Assembly: GCA_020438445.1 (NCBI GenBank)
Contig: JAGQUO010000001.1
Location: 2,491 to 66,490 of the forward strand
Length of the DNA stretch: 64,000 nucleotides
Reading direction: 5' to 3'
Source of the DNA: Solirubrobacterales bacterium
Lineage (GTDB): Bacteria > Actinomycetota > Thermoleophilia > Solirubrobacterales > 70-9
Positions 56,050-64,000 of this stretch are shown here, in pieces. The notes beneath the pieces are model-generated. The model did not search any database and had not been told where the DNA came from. It worked only from the letters and a program-made list of their open reading frames with translations. The number at the start of each line of letters is the position of its first letter. The stretch's first letter is position 1. A program made the translations under genes and the position numbers.

Positions 56050-56727
56050 TCAACGCCGGCGCGCCGACTCCAGCGCGGCGGCGAGATCGGCCGGAAGCCC
56101 GCTTCGGAGCTCGAGCGCCTCTCCGGTGAACGGATGGCGGAAGGCGAGGAGGGCGGAGTGCAGGAACTGGCGATCGAGCCCGTAGCGGCGACCTGAGCCG
56201 TACTGGGGGTCGCCGACGATCGGGTTGCCGATCGCCTGCAGGTGGGCACGGATCTGGTGCGTCCGGCCCGTCTCGAGGCGGATCCGGAGCAACGCCTCGC
56301 GGGCCAGGCGCTCGACCACCTCGAAGTGGGTGATCGCGGGGCGCGGCCTGCGGCCGCCGACGACGACCCGCTCGGGTGCCCGGTGATCGCGGCCGAGCGG
56401 CGCATCGATCGTGCCCGTGCGGGATGCCGGGCACCCCTCCACCAGGGCCGAGTACTGACGGGTCACCTGCCGGTCGGCGATCATCGCGCTCAGGGCCTTG
56501 TGCGCTTCGGCGGTGCGGGCGACGACCAGGAGGCCGGAGGTGTCCCGGTCGAGCCGGTGGACGATCCCCGGCCGGACCGGATCTTCGCCGCCGCCGAGCA
56601 GATCACCGAGCTCGCCGACCAGCGAGGGCCCGGGGTTGCCGGGGGCCGGATGGACCAGCAGTCCCGCGGGCTTGTCGACCACCGCCAGGTGCTCGTCGCG
56701 CCAGACGACGAGAGGCCGGTCGCTCAC
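56050..56727 (-). CDS. RluA family pseudouridine synthase (RluD-like, no S4 domain)
   Basis: VVDKPAGLLVHP, catalytic HRLDRDTSGLLVVA and the THQIRAH motif. The GTG at 56727 overlaps the lspA stop (GTGA). Confidence 0.85.
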   Translation of the reverse strand: MSDRPLVVWRDEHLAVVDKPAGLLVHPAPGNPGPSLVGELGDLLGGGEDPVRPGIVHRLDRDTSGLLVVARTAEAHKALSAMIADRQVTRQYSALVEGCPASRTGTIDAPLGRDHRAPERVVVGGRRPRPAITHFEVVERLAREALLRIRLETGRTHQIRAHLQAIGNPIVGDPQYGSGRRYGLDRQFLHSALLAFRHPFTGEALELRSGLPADLAAALESARRR

Positions 56728-57230
56728 CGGGCCCGGGGGTCGGCCCCCGCCGGCTCGGCGCCGTCGGCCCTCTCCGGATCGGGCTCGGCGCCGAAGGCGT
56801 AGATCCAGACGAGCATCGCGACACCGACGGTGATCTCGACGTCGGCGAGGTTGAAGGCCGGCCACGGGCCGATGTCGACGTAGTCGGTGACGGCCCCGTC
56901 GCGAACGCGGTCGATCAGATTGCCGACGGCGCCGCCCGCGAGGAGCCCGATCGGCAGCCAGAGGCCACGGCGGTCGGAGGCGGCCAGGAAGACGGTGAGC
57001 AACGCGGCGAACGCCGCCGCGGCGAGCACCAGCACCAGCGATCCGGCGTCGTCGAGCAGGCCGAAGGCGATGCCCCGGTTCACAACCCTGACGAGATCGA
57101 CCCCGGGCAGGAAGTCCATCCGCTCCCCGGGCGAGATCCCGTCGCGCACGAGCGCCTTCGTGATCTGGTCGATCGCAACCGCCACCACGGCGACGATCGC
57201 CGCCCGCCCGTATCCGGGAGCACTGCTCAC
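56724..57230 (-). CDS. lspA: signal peptidase II (lipoprotein signal peptidase)
   Basis: VNRGIAFG and PAFNLADVEI conserved Asp motifs, with 4 TM helices. The GTG at 57230 overlaps the yggT stop. Confidence 0.85.
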   Translation of the reverse strand: MSSAPGYGRAAIVAVVAVAIDQITKALVRDGISPGERMDFLPGVDLVRVVNRGIAFGLLDDAGSLVLVLAAAAFAALLTVFLAASDRRGLWLPIGLLAGGAVGNLIDRVRDGAVTDYVDIGPWPAFNLADVEITVGVAMLVWIYAFGAEPDPERADGAEPAGADPRAR

Positions 57231-57544
57231 CCGTTGATCAGTCCGACGACGACCGCGCGAAGGACGAACAGCACGATCAGGCCGATCATCGGGCTGAGAT
57301 CGAGGGAGAGGCCCCCGCCCCCGACCGGCGGCAGGAACCGGCGGAAGGCGTTCAGGTACGGCGTCGTCGTCTCGTCGATGAAGCCGGTGACGGCGCGCAG
57401 CGGCCGGTTGTAGGGCAGCGCCCCGCGGAAGTTCGTGTACCACGAGATCGCCACGGAGGCGATGACGAGGATGATGAACACGAGGAACAGGGAATCGACG
57501 AACTGTGCCACGTCGTTGCGATCGATCGCCGCGGGAAGGATCAT
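57227..57544 (-). CDS. YggT family membrane protein
   Basis: ~105 aa with two TM helices and PYLNAFRRFLPPVGG..DLSP, characteristic of YggT/Ycf19. Confidence 0.8.
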   Translation of the reverse strand: MILPAAIDRNDVAQFVDSLFLVFIILVIASVAISWYTNFRGALPYNRPLRAVTGFIDETTTPYLNAFRRFLPPVGGGGLSLDLSPMIGLIVLFVLRAVVVGLING

Positions 57545-58332
57545 CAGCGCCTGCCTGCCATCCGCTCCAGCGAGGCATCCACGGCGGCCCTGAACGCCGC
57601 TTGGACCTGTCGTTCCCCCAGCGCGTCGAGCCCCGCCTCGGTGCCGCCTCCGGGCGAGGCAATCGCCCTCTGCATCGGCCCGGGCTCGTGGGTGAGCAGG
57701 TGCTGCCCGACCCCGGCCACCGCCGCGCTGACGAGGCTGCCGGCGAGGTCCTCGTCGAGCCCGGCGTCGACTCCGCCCTCGATCAGGGCCTCCGCCGCGA
57801 GGGCGATGTAGGCCGGCGCACAGCCCATGACCGCGGTCGCGGGATCGATCTCGTCCTCGCGGATCTCGAAGACGCTCCCCAGCGACCCCAGCAGGGCGAG
57901 CGCCTCGCCGAGCACGCCGCTTCGCACCTCGTCGCTCAGGGGGGTGTGACAGATGACTCCGTGGCCGACCTCGACGGCGAGGTTGGGCATCGTCCGCAAC
58001 ACGGGCGTCGGCGCGAGGGCCGGCTCGAGCCGGTCGAGGGGCGTCGCCGCCAGCAACGAGACCACGCCCTCGGTGCGGCCCGCGATCTCCGGTGCGACCG
58101 CATCCAGCGCGACCGGCTTGACCGCCAGGACGACGACGTCGGACCGGTCGGCCATGTCCGCGACCGAGTCGAGACGTTCGCCGCCCACCTCCTCGGCGAG
58201 CGCGCGGGCACGTCCGGACCCGGAATCGGTGAACAGCATCGCCTCCGGGCGCAGCGACGAGGCGGCCCATCCACGGGCCACCGCTGCAGCCATGTTTCCC
58301 GATCCTGCGAAACCGACGATCATCGGCTTCAA
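57544..58332 (-). CDS. proC: pyrroline-5-carboxylate reductase
   Basis: IVGFAGSGNMAAAV NADP motif and the C-terminal SPGGGTEAGL. The more likely start is ATG 58323. Confidence 0.9.
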   Translation of the reverse strand: MKPMIVGFAGSGNMAAAVARGWAASSLRPEAMLFTDSGSGRARALAEEVGGERLDSVADMADRSDVVVLAVKPVALDAVAPEIAGRTEGVVSLLAATPLDRLEPALAPTPVLRTMPNLAVEVGHGVICHTPLSDEVRSGVLGEALALLGSLGSVFEIREDEIDPATAVMGCAPAYIALAAEALIEGGVDAGLDEDLAGSLVSAAVAGVGQHLLTHEPGPMQRAIASPGGGTEAGLDALGERQVQAAFRAAVDASLERMAGRR

Positions 58333-58339
58333 GACTAGA

Positions 58340-58903
58340 TCAGGACTGGTTGAAGAACCCCTTCTCGACGAGCCTGGCCTTCTCCTCGGCCGAGACCTCC
58401 ACGTTGGCCGGGGTGAGCATGAAGGTCTTGTCGGCGATCTTCTGCATGCCGCCGTCGAGCGCGTAGGTCAACCCGGAGCTGAAGTCGATCAGCCGCTTCG
58501 AGAGGTCGGCGCTGGTGGACTGGAGGTTGAGGATGACCGGCACGCTGCGCTTGAACCGGTCGGCGACCTCCTGGGCGTCGTTGAAGTTCCTCGGGGTCAC
58601 GAAGTGGACCTGGACGTCGGCGCCGCTTTCGGCGACCGGCCTCAGGTTGCGGCGCCGGCGCGGCGGCGCATCGTCGGCGAAGATGTCGTCGATCTCGTCG
58701 CCGGCGGGCTCATCGCGGCGAAGCCGTCGTACGTTCGAGGGAGGAGGCGGCGGCTCCCGGCGTCGCCGCGGAGCCGGGGCGACGGCCTCTTCGGAGACGG
58801 TGTCGGGCTCGTAGGGGTCGTACTCGTCCTCGTACCGGTAATCGTGATCCTCGGCGAGGCCGAAGTAGACGAGTGCTCTGTTCCATGTATCGCGTACGGC
58901 CAT
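58340..58903 (-). CDS. sepF: cell division protein SepF
   Basis: N-terminal amphipathic MAVRDTWNRALVYFGL and the C-terminal SepF core PRNFNDAQEVADRFKRSVPVILNL...DFSSGLTYAL. Confidence 0.9.
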   Translation of the reverse strand: MAVRDTWNRALVYFGLAEDHDYRYEDEYDPYEPDTVSEEAVAPAPRRRREPPPPPSNVRRLRRDEPAGDEIDDIFADDAPPRRRRNLRPVAESGADVQVHFVTPRNFNDAQEVADRFKRSVPVILNLQSTSADLSKRLIDFSSGLTYALDGGMQKIADKTFMLTPANVEVSAEEKARLVEKGFFNQS

Positions 58904-59011
58904 TGTCGCGCTCCTTTCGCCCGTCGGAGGCGAAGTCCTGCGCGAAGTATGACGCTCGCCGCCGTCCGGCAGGAGTCTCCACCCCGGCTGCGACGGCGCT
59001 TGCAGCCGGTC

Positions 59012-59644
59012 TCAACGGAAGAGCACGCCGCCGAGGCGGATCGTCGTCGCCCCCTCCTCCACCGCGACCCGCCAGTCCTGGCTGGTCCCCATCGAGAGCC
59101 GCTTCAGCCCGTGCTCGGCCGCCAGCTCCGCGAGGCGGGCGAAGACGGGCCGCGACTGCTCGGGGTCGGCGGTGAAGGGCGGCATCGTGGAGAGCCCCAC
59201 CACGCGGACCGGGCAGGCGGCGATCACGGCGCCGAGAGCGTCCGGGGCGACTCCTCCCTTCCCCTCCTCGCCGGCGACGTTGACCTGGATCAGCACCTCG
59301 GTCGTCTCGTCGCCGTGTTTCGCCAGCTGCTTGAGGACGCTCTCGGAGTGGACGGAATGGATCAGGCGGACCAGTGGCAGCAGGTCCCTGACCTTGCGGC
59401 TCTGGAGGTTGCCGATGAAGTCCCAGGTGAACGACTCGCCCCACCGGGCGTGCTTCTCCTGGAGGTCGGCGAGCCGGTTCTCCCCGACCAGGTCGACGCC
59501 GGCCTCGGCGAGCGCACCCATCTCCTCGCACGGGACGTACTTGCAGGCGACGAGGACCTCCGTTGCCGGTCCGGCGACGGCGCGGACCTCGGCGAGGTGC
59601 TCGCGCACGCGGGCGGGGTCGATATCGCGGAACGGCTCGACCAT
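59012..59644 (-). CDS. YggS family pyridoxal phosphate homeostasis protein
   Basis: LVACKYVP (PLP Lys), GENR, HSVHS, and LSMGTSQDW. Confidence 0.9.
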   Translation of the reverse strand: MVEPFRDIDPARVREHLAEVRAVAGPATEVLVACKYVPCEEMGALAEAGVDLVGENRLADLQEKHARWGESFTWDFIGNLQSRKVRDLLPLVRLIHSVHSESVLKQLAKHGDETTEVLIQVNVAGEEGKGGVAPDALGAVIAACPVRVVGLSTMPPFTADPEQSRPVFARLAELAAEHGLKRLSMGTSQDWRVAVEEGATTIRLGGVLFR

Positions 59645-60384
59645 CAGCCGCTCCCGCGGACGATCCCGGCCTGCCTGCCGGTGTCGCCGCCGTCCCCGCG
59701 GTGAGAGAAGAACGTGTCGCGCTCGCAGCAGGTGCAGATCCCGGCGTCCTCGACCAGGCCGACGCCGGCGCGCTCGAGCAGGCGGCGTGCGGCGGCCTTG
59801 AGGTCGAGCCTGCGCCCGTCGGCGATGCCATCCCCGAGCGGCGCGAAAGCGGCGAGCACCTCCTCCCCCACCTCGTAGCAGCACGGCCCGATGCCGGGGC
59901 CGATCGCGGCCGCACGCGCCCCGACGGCCTTCGCTCCGTGCCCGACGATCCCGGCCGCGAGCCCGCGCCATCCGCAGTGGAGCATCGCCAGCCCGTCGTC
60001 GCCCGCCAGCGCCACCGGCAGGCAGTCGGCGACGAACACGAGGGCGGCGAGGCCCGACCGGTCGATCACGTGGCCGTCGACGCGCGGCGGGTCGGCGGCC
60101 GGCTCCGGCCACATGGGCGGCTCCTGGGGGCCGGCGTGCCACGCCAGCTCGCAGCCGTGGACCTGGCGGCCGAGGACGACGGCGTCGGGATCGATGTCTG
60201 CTTCGGCGCACAGGAGCGTTCGGTTGGCGATGACGCGACCGGGGTCATCGCCGGTGAGGACGCCGAGGTTCAGGCTCTCGTACCGCCCCGCGCTCTCACC
60301 GCCGATCCGGGTCGAGAAGACGGCTACCGCGCCGGGCAGCTCGGCCTCCAGCCACTTCGTTCGCTCGCCATCGCGCCAACGCAT
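59644..60384 (-). CDS. pgeF: peptidoglycan editing factor PgeF / YfiH (DUF152, laccase-domain) family protein
   Basis: ESLNLG, ADCLPVAL, HCGWRGLAAGI and CTCC near the C-terminus. Confidence 0.85.
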   Translation of the reverse strand: MRWRDGERTKWLEAELPGAVAVFSTRIGGESAGRYESLNLGVLTGDDPGRVIANRTLLCAEADIDPDAVVLGRQVHGCELAWHAGPQEPPMWPEPAADPPRVDGHVIDRSGLAALVFVADCLPVALAGDDGLAMLHCGWRGLAAGIVGHGAKAVGARAAAIGPGIGPCCYEVGEEVLAAFAPLGDGIADGRRLDLKAAARRLLERAGVGLVEDAGICTCCERDTFFSHRGDGGDTGRQAGIVRGSG

Positions 60385-60396
60385 CGGCGGAAGATC

Positions 60397-61527
60397 TCAG
60401 ATCGGGCCGGACGCGCGGCGGGCGGCCCGGATCGCCGCCTCGAGCTCGCTCCGACGCCCGCCGGGGATGGCACCGTCGAGCTTCTGGCGAAGCGCCTCCC
60501 CGAGGCCGGCGCCGATCGCGGGCCCCGCCGGGATTCCGGCGGCGAGGAGGTCGCTGCCGTCGATCTCGAGCCTCACCTCGCTCCATTCGCGGACGTAGTC
60601 CTCGATCCACCCGCCGCCGAGCGCGGTCCCGACCAGGAGCACGGCGGAATCGGCTCCGACGGCGAGCTCGATCGCATCGGAGGGACGCCCGGGGCTTGCC
60701 GCCGCCAGCCGGCGGGCCTGGCCCAGGCCGGTCGTCAGCCCCGCGGCGATCAGCATCGCGCGGATCCCGGGCTCCGCGTGGCCGGCCCAGACGGGATCGC
60801 CGCGGACGGCAGCCACGGCTTCGAGCAGGTCGTCGGTGCCGGCGGGGAGCTCGATCGCGCCCCATTCGGCCAGCAGCCGGAATCCGGCCGCCGCCTGCCG
60901 CTCGGCGGCGAGGCGCCGGAGCTCGGCATCCCGCCTGTCCCTCGTGACCAGCGCGAGGTCCGCCCGCTCGAGCCGGCGGAGCGTCGCCGGGTCCGGCGTC
61001 AGGCCGAGACGGCTGCAATAGCGCGCGGCGCGAACGGCCCGCGTCGGATCGTCCTCGAACGACCGCGGGTGGATGACGCGCAGCACCTTCGCGCCGAGAT
61101 CGGCCCTGCCGCCGTGCGGATCGAGAATGCGGTGGCCGGCGGCGAGCGATACGGCGATGGCGTTCACCGTGAAGTCGCGGCGGGCGAGGTCGGCTTCGAT
61201 CGGGGCCGGGGCGACGTCGGGAAGCGCGCCGGGGCTCGCATAGGTCTCCACCCTGGTCCTGGCGATGTCGGCGTGCCGGCCGTCGCCGAGATCGACGACG
61301 GCCGTCTCGAAGCGGTCGTGGCGTTTCGCGGGAAGCCCGAGTCGCTCCAGGATCGGGTCCAGCTCGTGGTCGACCGCGACGTCGATGTCGGCCTCCGGGC
61401 GGGTGCCCGCGACCAGGGCCCGGGCCACCCCGCCGACGATCCACGCGTCGAAGCGGGCGAGGACGGCGCCCACCCGGCCAAGCCGGAGCTCCTCGACGGC
61501 GGCTGCGAGTTCGGTGCCGGCACTCAT
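60397..61527 (-). CDS. CCA tRNA nucleotidyltransferase / poly(A) polymerase family protein
   Basis: IVGGVARALV...DIDVAV (class II NTase head), RRDFTVNAIAV, and DPHGGRADL...LRVIHPRSFEDDPTRAVRAARY. Confidence 0.7.
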   Translation of the reverse strand: MSAGTELAAAVEELRLGRVGAVLARFDAWIVGGVARALVAGTRPEADIDVAVDHELDPILERLGLPAKRHDRFETAVVDLGDGRHADIARTRVETYASPGALPDVAPAPIEADLARRDFTVNAIAVSLAAGHRILDPHGGRADLGAKVLRVIHPRSFEDDPTRAVRAARYCSRLGLTPDPATLRRLERADLALVTRDRRDAELRRLAAERQAAAGFRLLAEWGAIELPAGTDDLLEAVAAVRGDPVWAGHAEPGIRAMLIAAGLTTGLGQARRLAAASPGRPSDAIELAVGADSAVLLVGTALGGGWIEDYVREWSEVRLEIDGSDLLAAGIPAGPAIGAGLGEALRQKLDGAIPGGRRSELEAAIRAARRASGPI

Positions 61528-61538
61528 GCCCCCGTAGG

Positions 61539-63017
61539 ATGCTGCGTTCGCCGATGAACCGGGTTCTGACCTTCTGGCGCAACATGACCGGCGCCGAGCG
61601 CGCCGTCGCGATCGCGGCGACCCTGGCGCTCGCCGTCACGGTCGTGGCGGCGCCGTTCGCCCTGCTGAAGCGCCCCGAGGACGTGTCCAATCCGGATGCG
61701 GCGTTCGCGCGCAACGAGGGCGCCGGAAAGGAGAGGCAGCCGAAGCCGGCCAAGACCGTGAACTGGACCAGGTACGGCTACGACCTCGGGCGCAGCAAGT
61801 TCCTGAACACCCCCAAGATCAGGCCGCCCTTCCGCAAGGTCTGGAAGTACAAGGGCGATCAGCTGATCGAGTTCCCGCCGATCGTCGTCGACGACCGCCT
61901 CTACTTCATCGACAACGACGGCGTCTACTTCGCGCTGGATGCGAAGACCGGGAAGGTGGTCTGGAAGAAGCAGCTGGCGTCGCTCAACGCCTCCTCCCCC
62001 GCCTACTTCAAGGGTGTCCTCTACAGCGTCAGCCTCTCACCGGGACAGGCGCTGGCCGTCCGCGCCCGGGACGGGAAGGTGCTCTGGCGCAAGCCGCTCG
62101 ATGGCCGGGCGGAGTCATCGCCGTTGGTGCTGAAGGGGCGCATGTACTTCGGCAACGAGGCGGGGCAGCTGCTCGCCCTCGACATCAAGGACGGCTCGAC
62201 GATCTGGAGCACCGAACTCGGCGGATCGGTGAAGGCGGCTCCCGCCTTCGATTCGGGCAAGCTCTACGTCGGCGACTACGGCGGCAAGATGAACGCGGTT
62301 CGCGCCGACGACGGCAAGCTCGTCTGGCAGACCTCCGACCTCGGGCTCGGCATCGCCGGTTCCGGGCGCTTCTACTCGACCGCCGCGGTCGCGTTCGGGC
62401 GGGTCTATGCGGGTGACGTGGACAACCGCGTCTACAGCTTCGATGCCGACACCGGCGAGATCGCATGGACTTTCTCGGCCGGCGACTACGTCTACTCGGG
62501 GATCGCCGCCGCCGACACCAAGGGCACGGGCCCGACCGTGTACTTCGGCTCCCACGACCGCAACGTCTACGCCGTCGACGCCAAGACCGGAAAGGAGAAG
62601 TGGTCGGAGGGAGCCGGCGGGCAGATCAGCGGGCCCGCGACGGTGATCGGGGACGTCGTCTACGTCTCGACGTTCTCGGGCAACGCGACGATCGGGCTCG
62701 ACCTCGGCACCGGCCGCCGCGTCTTCAGCTACGACGACGGCGAGTACGGTCCGGTCGTCTCCGACGGGCAGATCCTCTACCTGACGGGCGGCGTCACGGT
62801 CGTGGCGTTCGAGCCGGTCGACATCGGCAACTTCAGCTACAAGACCAACAAGGGCCAGAAGGGAATCGTCCCTCCCCACCAGCAGCGCAAGGCTACGAAG
62901 GCGGCCCGGAAGCGGAAACAGCAGGCGCAGGACGGTCGCCCCGGCGGTTCCGATGGTGGTCAGCAGAACGAACCCCGGCCCGGCTCCGGCGGCGATCAGC
63001 AGAGCGGTAACGGCTGA
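61539..63017 (+). CDS. membrane-anchored PQQ-like beta-propeller repeat protein (BamB-like fold)
   Basis: N-terminal TM helix AVAIAATLALAVTVVAAPF, then repeated DGKVLW / GxxY.G motifs across ~350 aa. Basic Gln/Gly-rich C-terminal tail. The start could be a downstream ATG (61554 or 61584). Confidence 0.75.
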   Translation: MLRSPMNRVLTFWRNMTGAERAVAIAATLALAVTVVAAPFALLKRPEDVSNPDAAFARNEGAGKERQPKPAKTVNWTRYGYDLGRSKFLNTPKIRPPFRKVWKYKGDQLIEFPPIVVDDRLYFIDNDGVYFALDAKTGKVVWKKQLASLNASSPAYFKGVLYSVSLSPGQALAVRARDGKVLWRKPLDGRAESSPLVLKGRMYFGNEAGQLLALDIKDGSTIWSTELGGSVKAAPAFDSGKLYVGDYGGKMNAVRADDGKLVWQTSDLGLGIAGSGRFYSTAAVAFGRVYAGDVDNRVYSFDADTGEIAWTFSAGDYVYSGIAAADTKGTGPTVYFGSHDRNVYAVDAKTGKEKWSEGAGGQISGPATVIGDVVYVSTFSGNATIGLDLGTGRRVFSYDDGEYGPVVSDGQILYLTGGVTVVAFEPVDIGNFSYKTNKGQKGIVPPHQQRKATKAARKRKQQAQDGRPGGSDGGQQNEPRPGSGGDQQSGNG

Positions 63018-63132
63018 CGCCCGGAGCGCGAACCCGACGAAACCCACCGCATGGGAGGAGAACATCGGGTTGACCGTGGGTCATCGTGCTCGGGCGGCTC
63101 CTGAGGGAATCCCCGGCTCAAGCCCGAGCCCG

Positions 63133-63897
63133 CTATCTGACGTCGATTCCCGCCGCGCGCATCGCCTGCTTCGCCGCGGCGATCGAGTGGCGGCCGTAGT
63201 GGAAGATCGAGGCGGCGAGAACGGCATCGGCCCCACCCTCGACGATGCCCGCCGCGAGATGGTCGAGCGTGCCGACGCCGCCGGATGCGATCACGGGAAT
63301 CGGCACCGCATCGGCGACCGCCCTGGTCAGTTCGAGGTCGTAGCCGTCCTCGGTGCCGTCGCGGTCCATGCTCGTCAGCAGGATCTCCCCCGCCCCCCGC
63401 TCCGCGGCCTCGATCGCCCAGGCCACGGCCTCACGCCCCTCGACCCGCCGCCGGCCGCCGGCCACGTAGACGTCCCAGACGGGTTCGGGGCCGGAAACCC
63501 TGCGTGCGTCGATCGCCACGACCACGCACTGGGAGCCGAAGACCTCCGCGAGCTCGCCGATCAGCTCCGGGCGTGCGAGCGCGGCCGAGTTGACCCCGAC
63601 CTTGTCGGCCCCGGCGTCGAGGACCGCCTGTGCGTCGGCGACCGACCGGATCCCCCCGCCGATCGTGAACGGGATGAAGACCTCGTCGGCGGTCCGGCGG
63701 GCGAGCTGAACGATCGTGTCGCGGTCCTCGTGGGATGCGGTGATGTCGAGGAAGACGAGCTCGTCGGCGCCCTCGGCGTCGTAACGCGCCGCGAGCTCGA
63801 CCGGATCGCCGGCGTCGCGGATGTCGACGAAGTTGGTCCCCTTGACCACGCGACCGGCGTCGACGTCGAGGCAGGGAATGAGGCGCTTCAGCGGCAC
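63133..63897 (-). CDS. hisF: imidazole glycerol phosphate synthase, cyclase subunit
   Basis: [34 protein letters not shown] start. Confidence 0.95.
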   Translation of the reverse strand: MPLKRLIPCLDVDAGRVVKGTNFVDIRDAGDPVELAARYDAEGADELVFLDITASHEDRDTIVQLARRTADEVFIPFTIGGGIRSVADAQAVLDAGADKVGVNSAALARPELIGELAEVFGSQCVVVAIDARRVSGPEPVWDVYVAGGRRRVEGREAVAWAIEAAERGAGEILLTSMDRDGTEDGYDLELTRAVADAVPIPVIASGGVGTLDHLAAGIVEGGADAVLAASIFHYGRHSIAAAKQAMRAAGIDVR

Positions 63898-63901
63898 GCT
63901 G

Positions 63902-64000
63902 TCAGCGTAGGGTGCCGTCGGATCCGGCGGCGATCAGGCCTTGCGCCTGCCGAACGGCGTCGAGGTCTGTGCCGCGCTCTTCGCGAACGCGCCGGGCTCG
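63902..64000 (-). CDS. 3' end of an unidentified CDS (runs off the window end)
   Basis: An open frame with G/C-rich third positions ends in ...[21 protein letters not shown], with TGA at 63904-63902, 5 nt upstream of the hisF start. Only 32 codons are visible. Confidence 0.3.
   Translation of the reverse strand, partial: RARRVREERGTDLDAVRQAQGLIAAGSDGTLR

Noticed and set aside
55905-56405. Upstream extension of the rpsB ORF (513 aa in the track).
   Set aside because: It overlaps the 3' end of the pseudouridine synthase gene. S2 homology starts at the ATG at 55904, which has an AAGGGA-type ribosome-binding region.
1-64000. tRNA, rRNA, tmRNA, RNase P, SRP RNA, CRISPR arrays, transposases/integrases, toxin-antitoxin or defence-system genes.
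   Set aside because: Scanning both strands by eye, I saw none of these: no GGTTCGAATCC-type T-arms, no RNase P, SRP or tmRNA hallmark sequences, no spaced direct repeats, and no recombinase or nuclease/ATPase defence-like ORFs. A covariance-model scan would be needed to be certain.

Overview
This is a very GC-rich window (about 70% by eye), densely packed and mostly core chromosomal. It has long minus-strand operons and many 1-8 nt start/stop overlaps (GTGA, ATGA, TTGA). The gene content looks like a deep-branching Actinobacteriota-like genome (for example Thermoleophilia or Rubrobacteria). That placement is an inference from RNase Y and RNase J co-occurring with an actinobacterial-style ftsK-cinA-recA-recX and rpsO-pnp-M16-dapB-dapA layout.

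Clusters I recognise:
- tig / clpP
- miaA-miaB
- rny-recX-recA-thpR
- cinA-rodZ-like-ftsK
- an OmpR-type two-component pair
- rnj-dapA-amidase-dapB-M16 peptidase-pnp
- rpsO-ribF-truB-nrnA-rbfA-infB-nusA-rimP
- dtd
- cdsA-padR-uppS-frr-pyrH-tsf-rpsB
- rluD-like-lspA-yggT-proC-sepF-yggS-pgeF
- a cca-like gene, and hisF

The first ~14 kb is more accessory: oxidoreductases, a macro-domain protein, hydrolases, a squalene/phytoene-synthase-like gene, a PfkB kinase, an ECF sigma + ogt pair, a secreted FN3 protein, a CtaG-like protein, a spermidine-synthase-like membrane fusion, corA and an aldo/keto reductase.

I found no rRNA, tRNA, CRISPR array, transposase, integrase or obvious defence island. I cannot point to a clear novel multi-gene system. 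The observations most worth follow-up are:
1. A 6C-like sRNA candidate with two C-rich hairpin loops and a canonical terminator, downstream of the histidine kinase.
2. An ECF sigma factor translationally coupled to an O6-alkylguanine alkyltransferase, with no anti-sigma gene.
3. A NusA C-terminal extension with a Cys3His module and an apparent -1 frame break into an acidic Glu/Ala tail.
4. A near-consensus promoter plus leader terminator/antiterminator upstream of rimP-nusA-infB.
5. A Lys-rich small secreted protein wedged between tig and clpP.
6. A thiol-redox gene pair inserted between rpsO and pnp.

Many long ORFs in the track are antisense shadow ORFs typical of high-GC DNA, and I rejected them.
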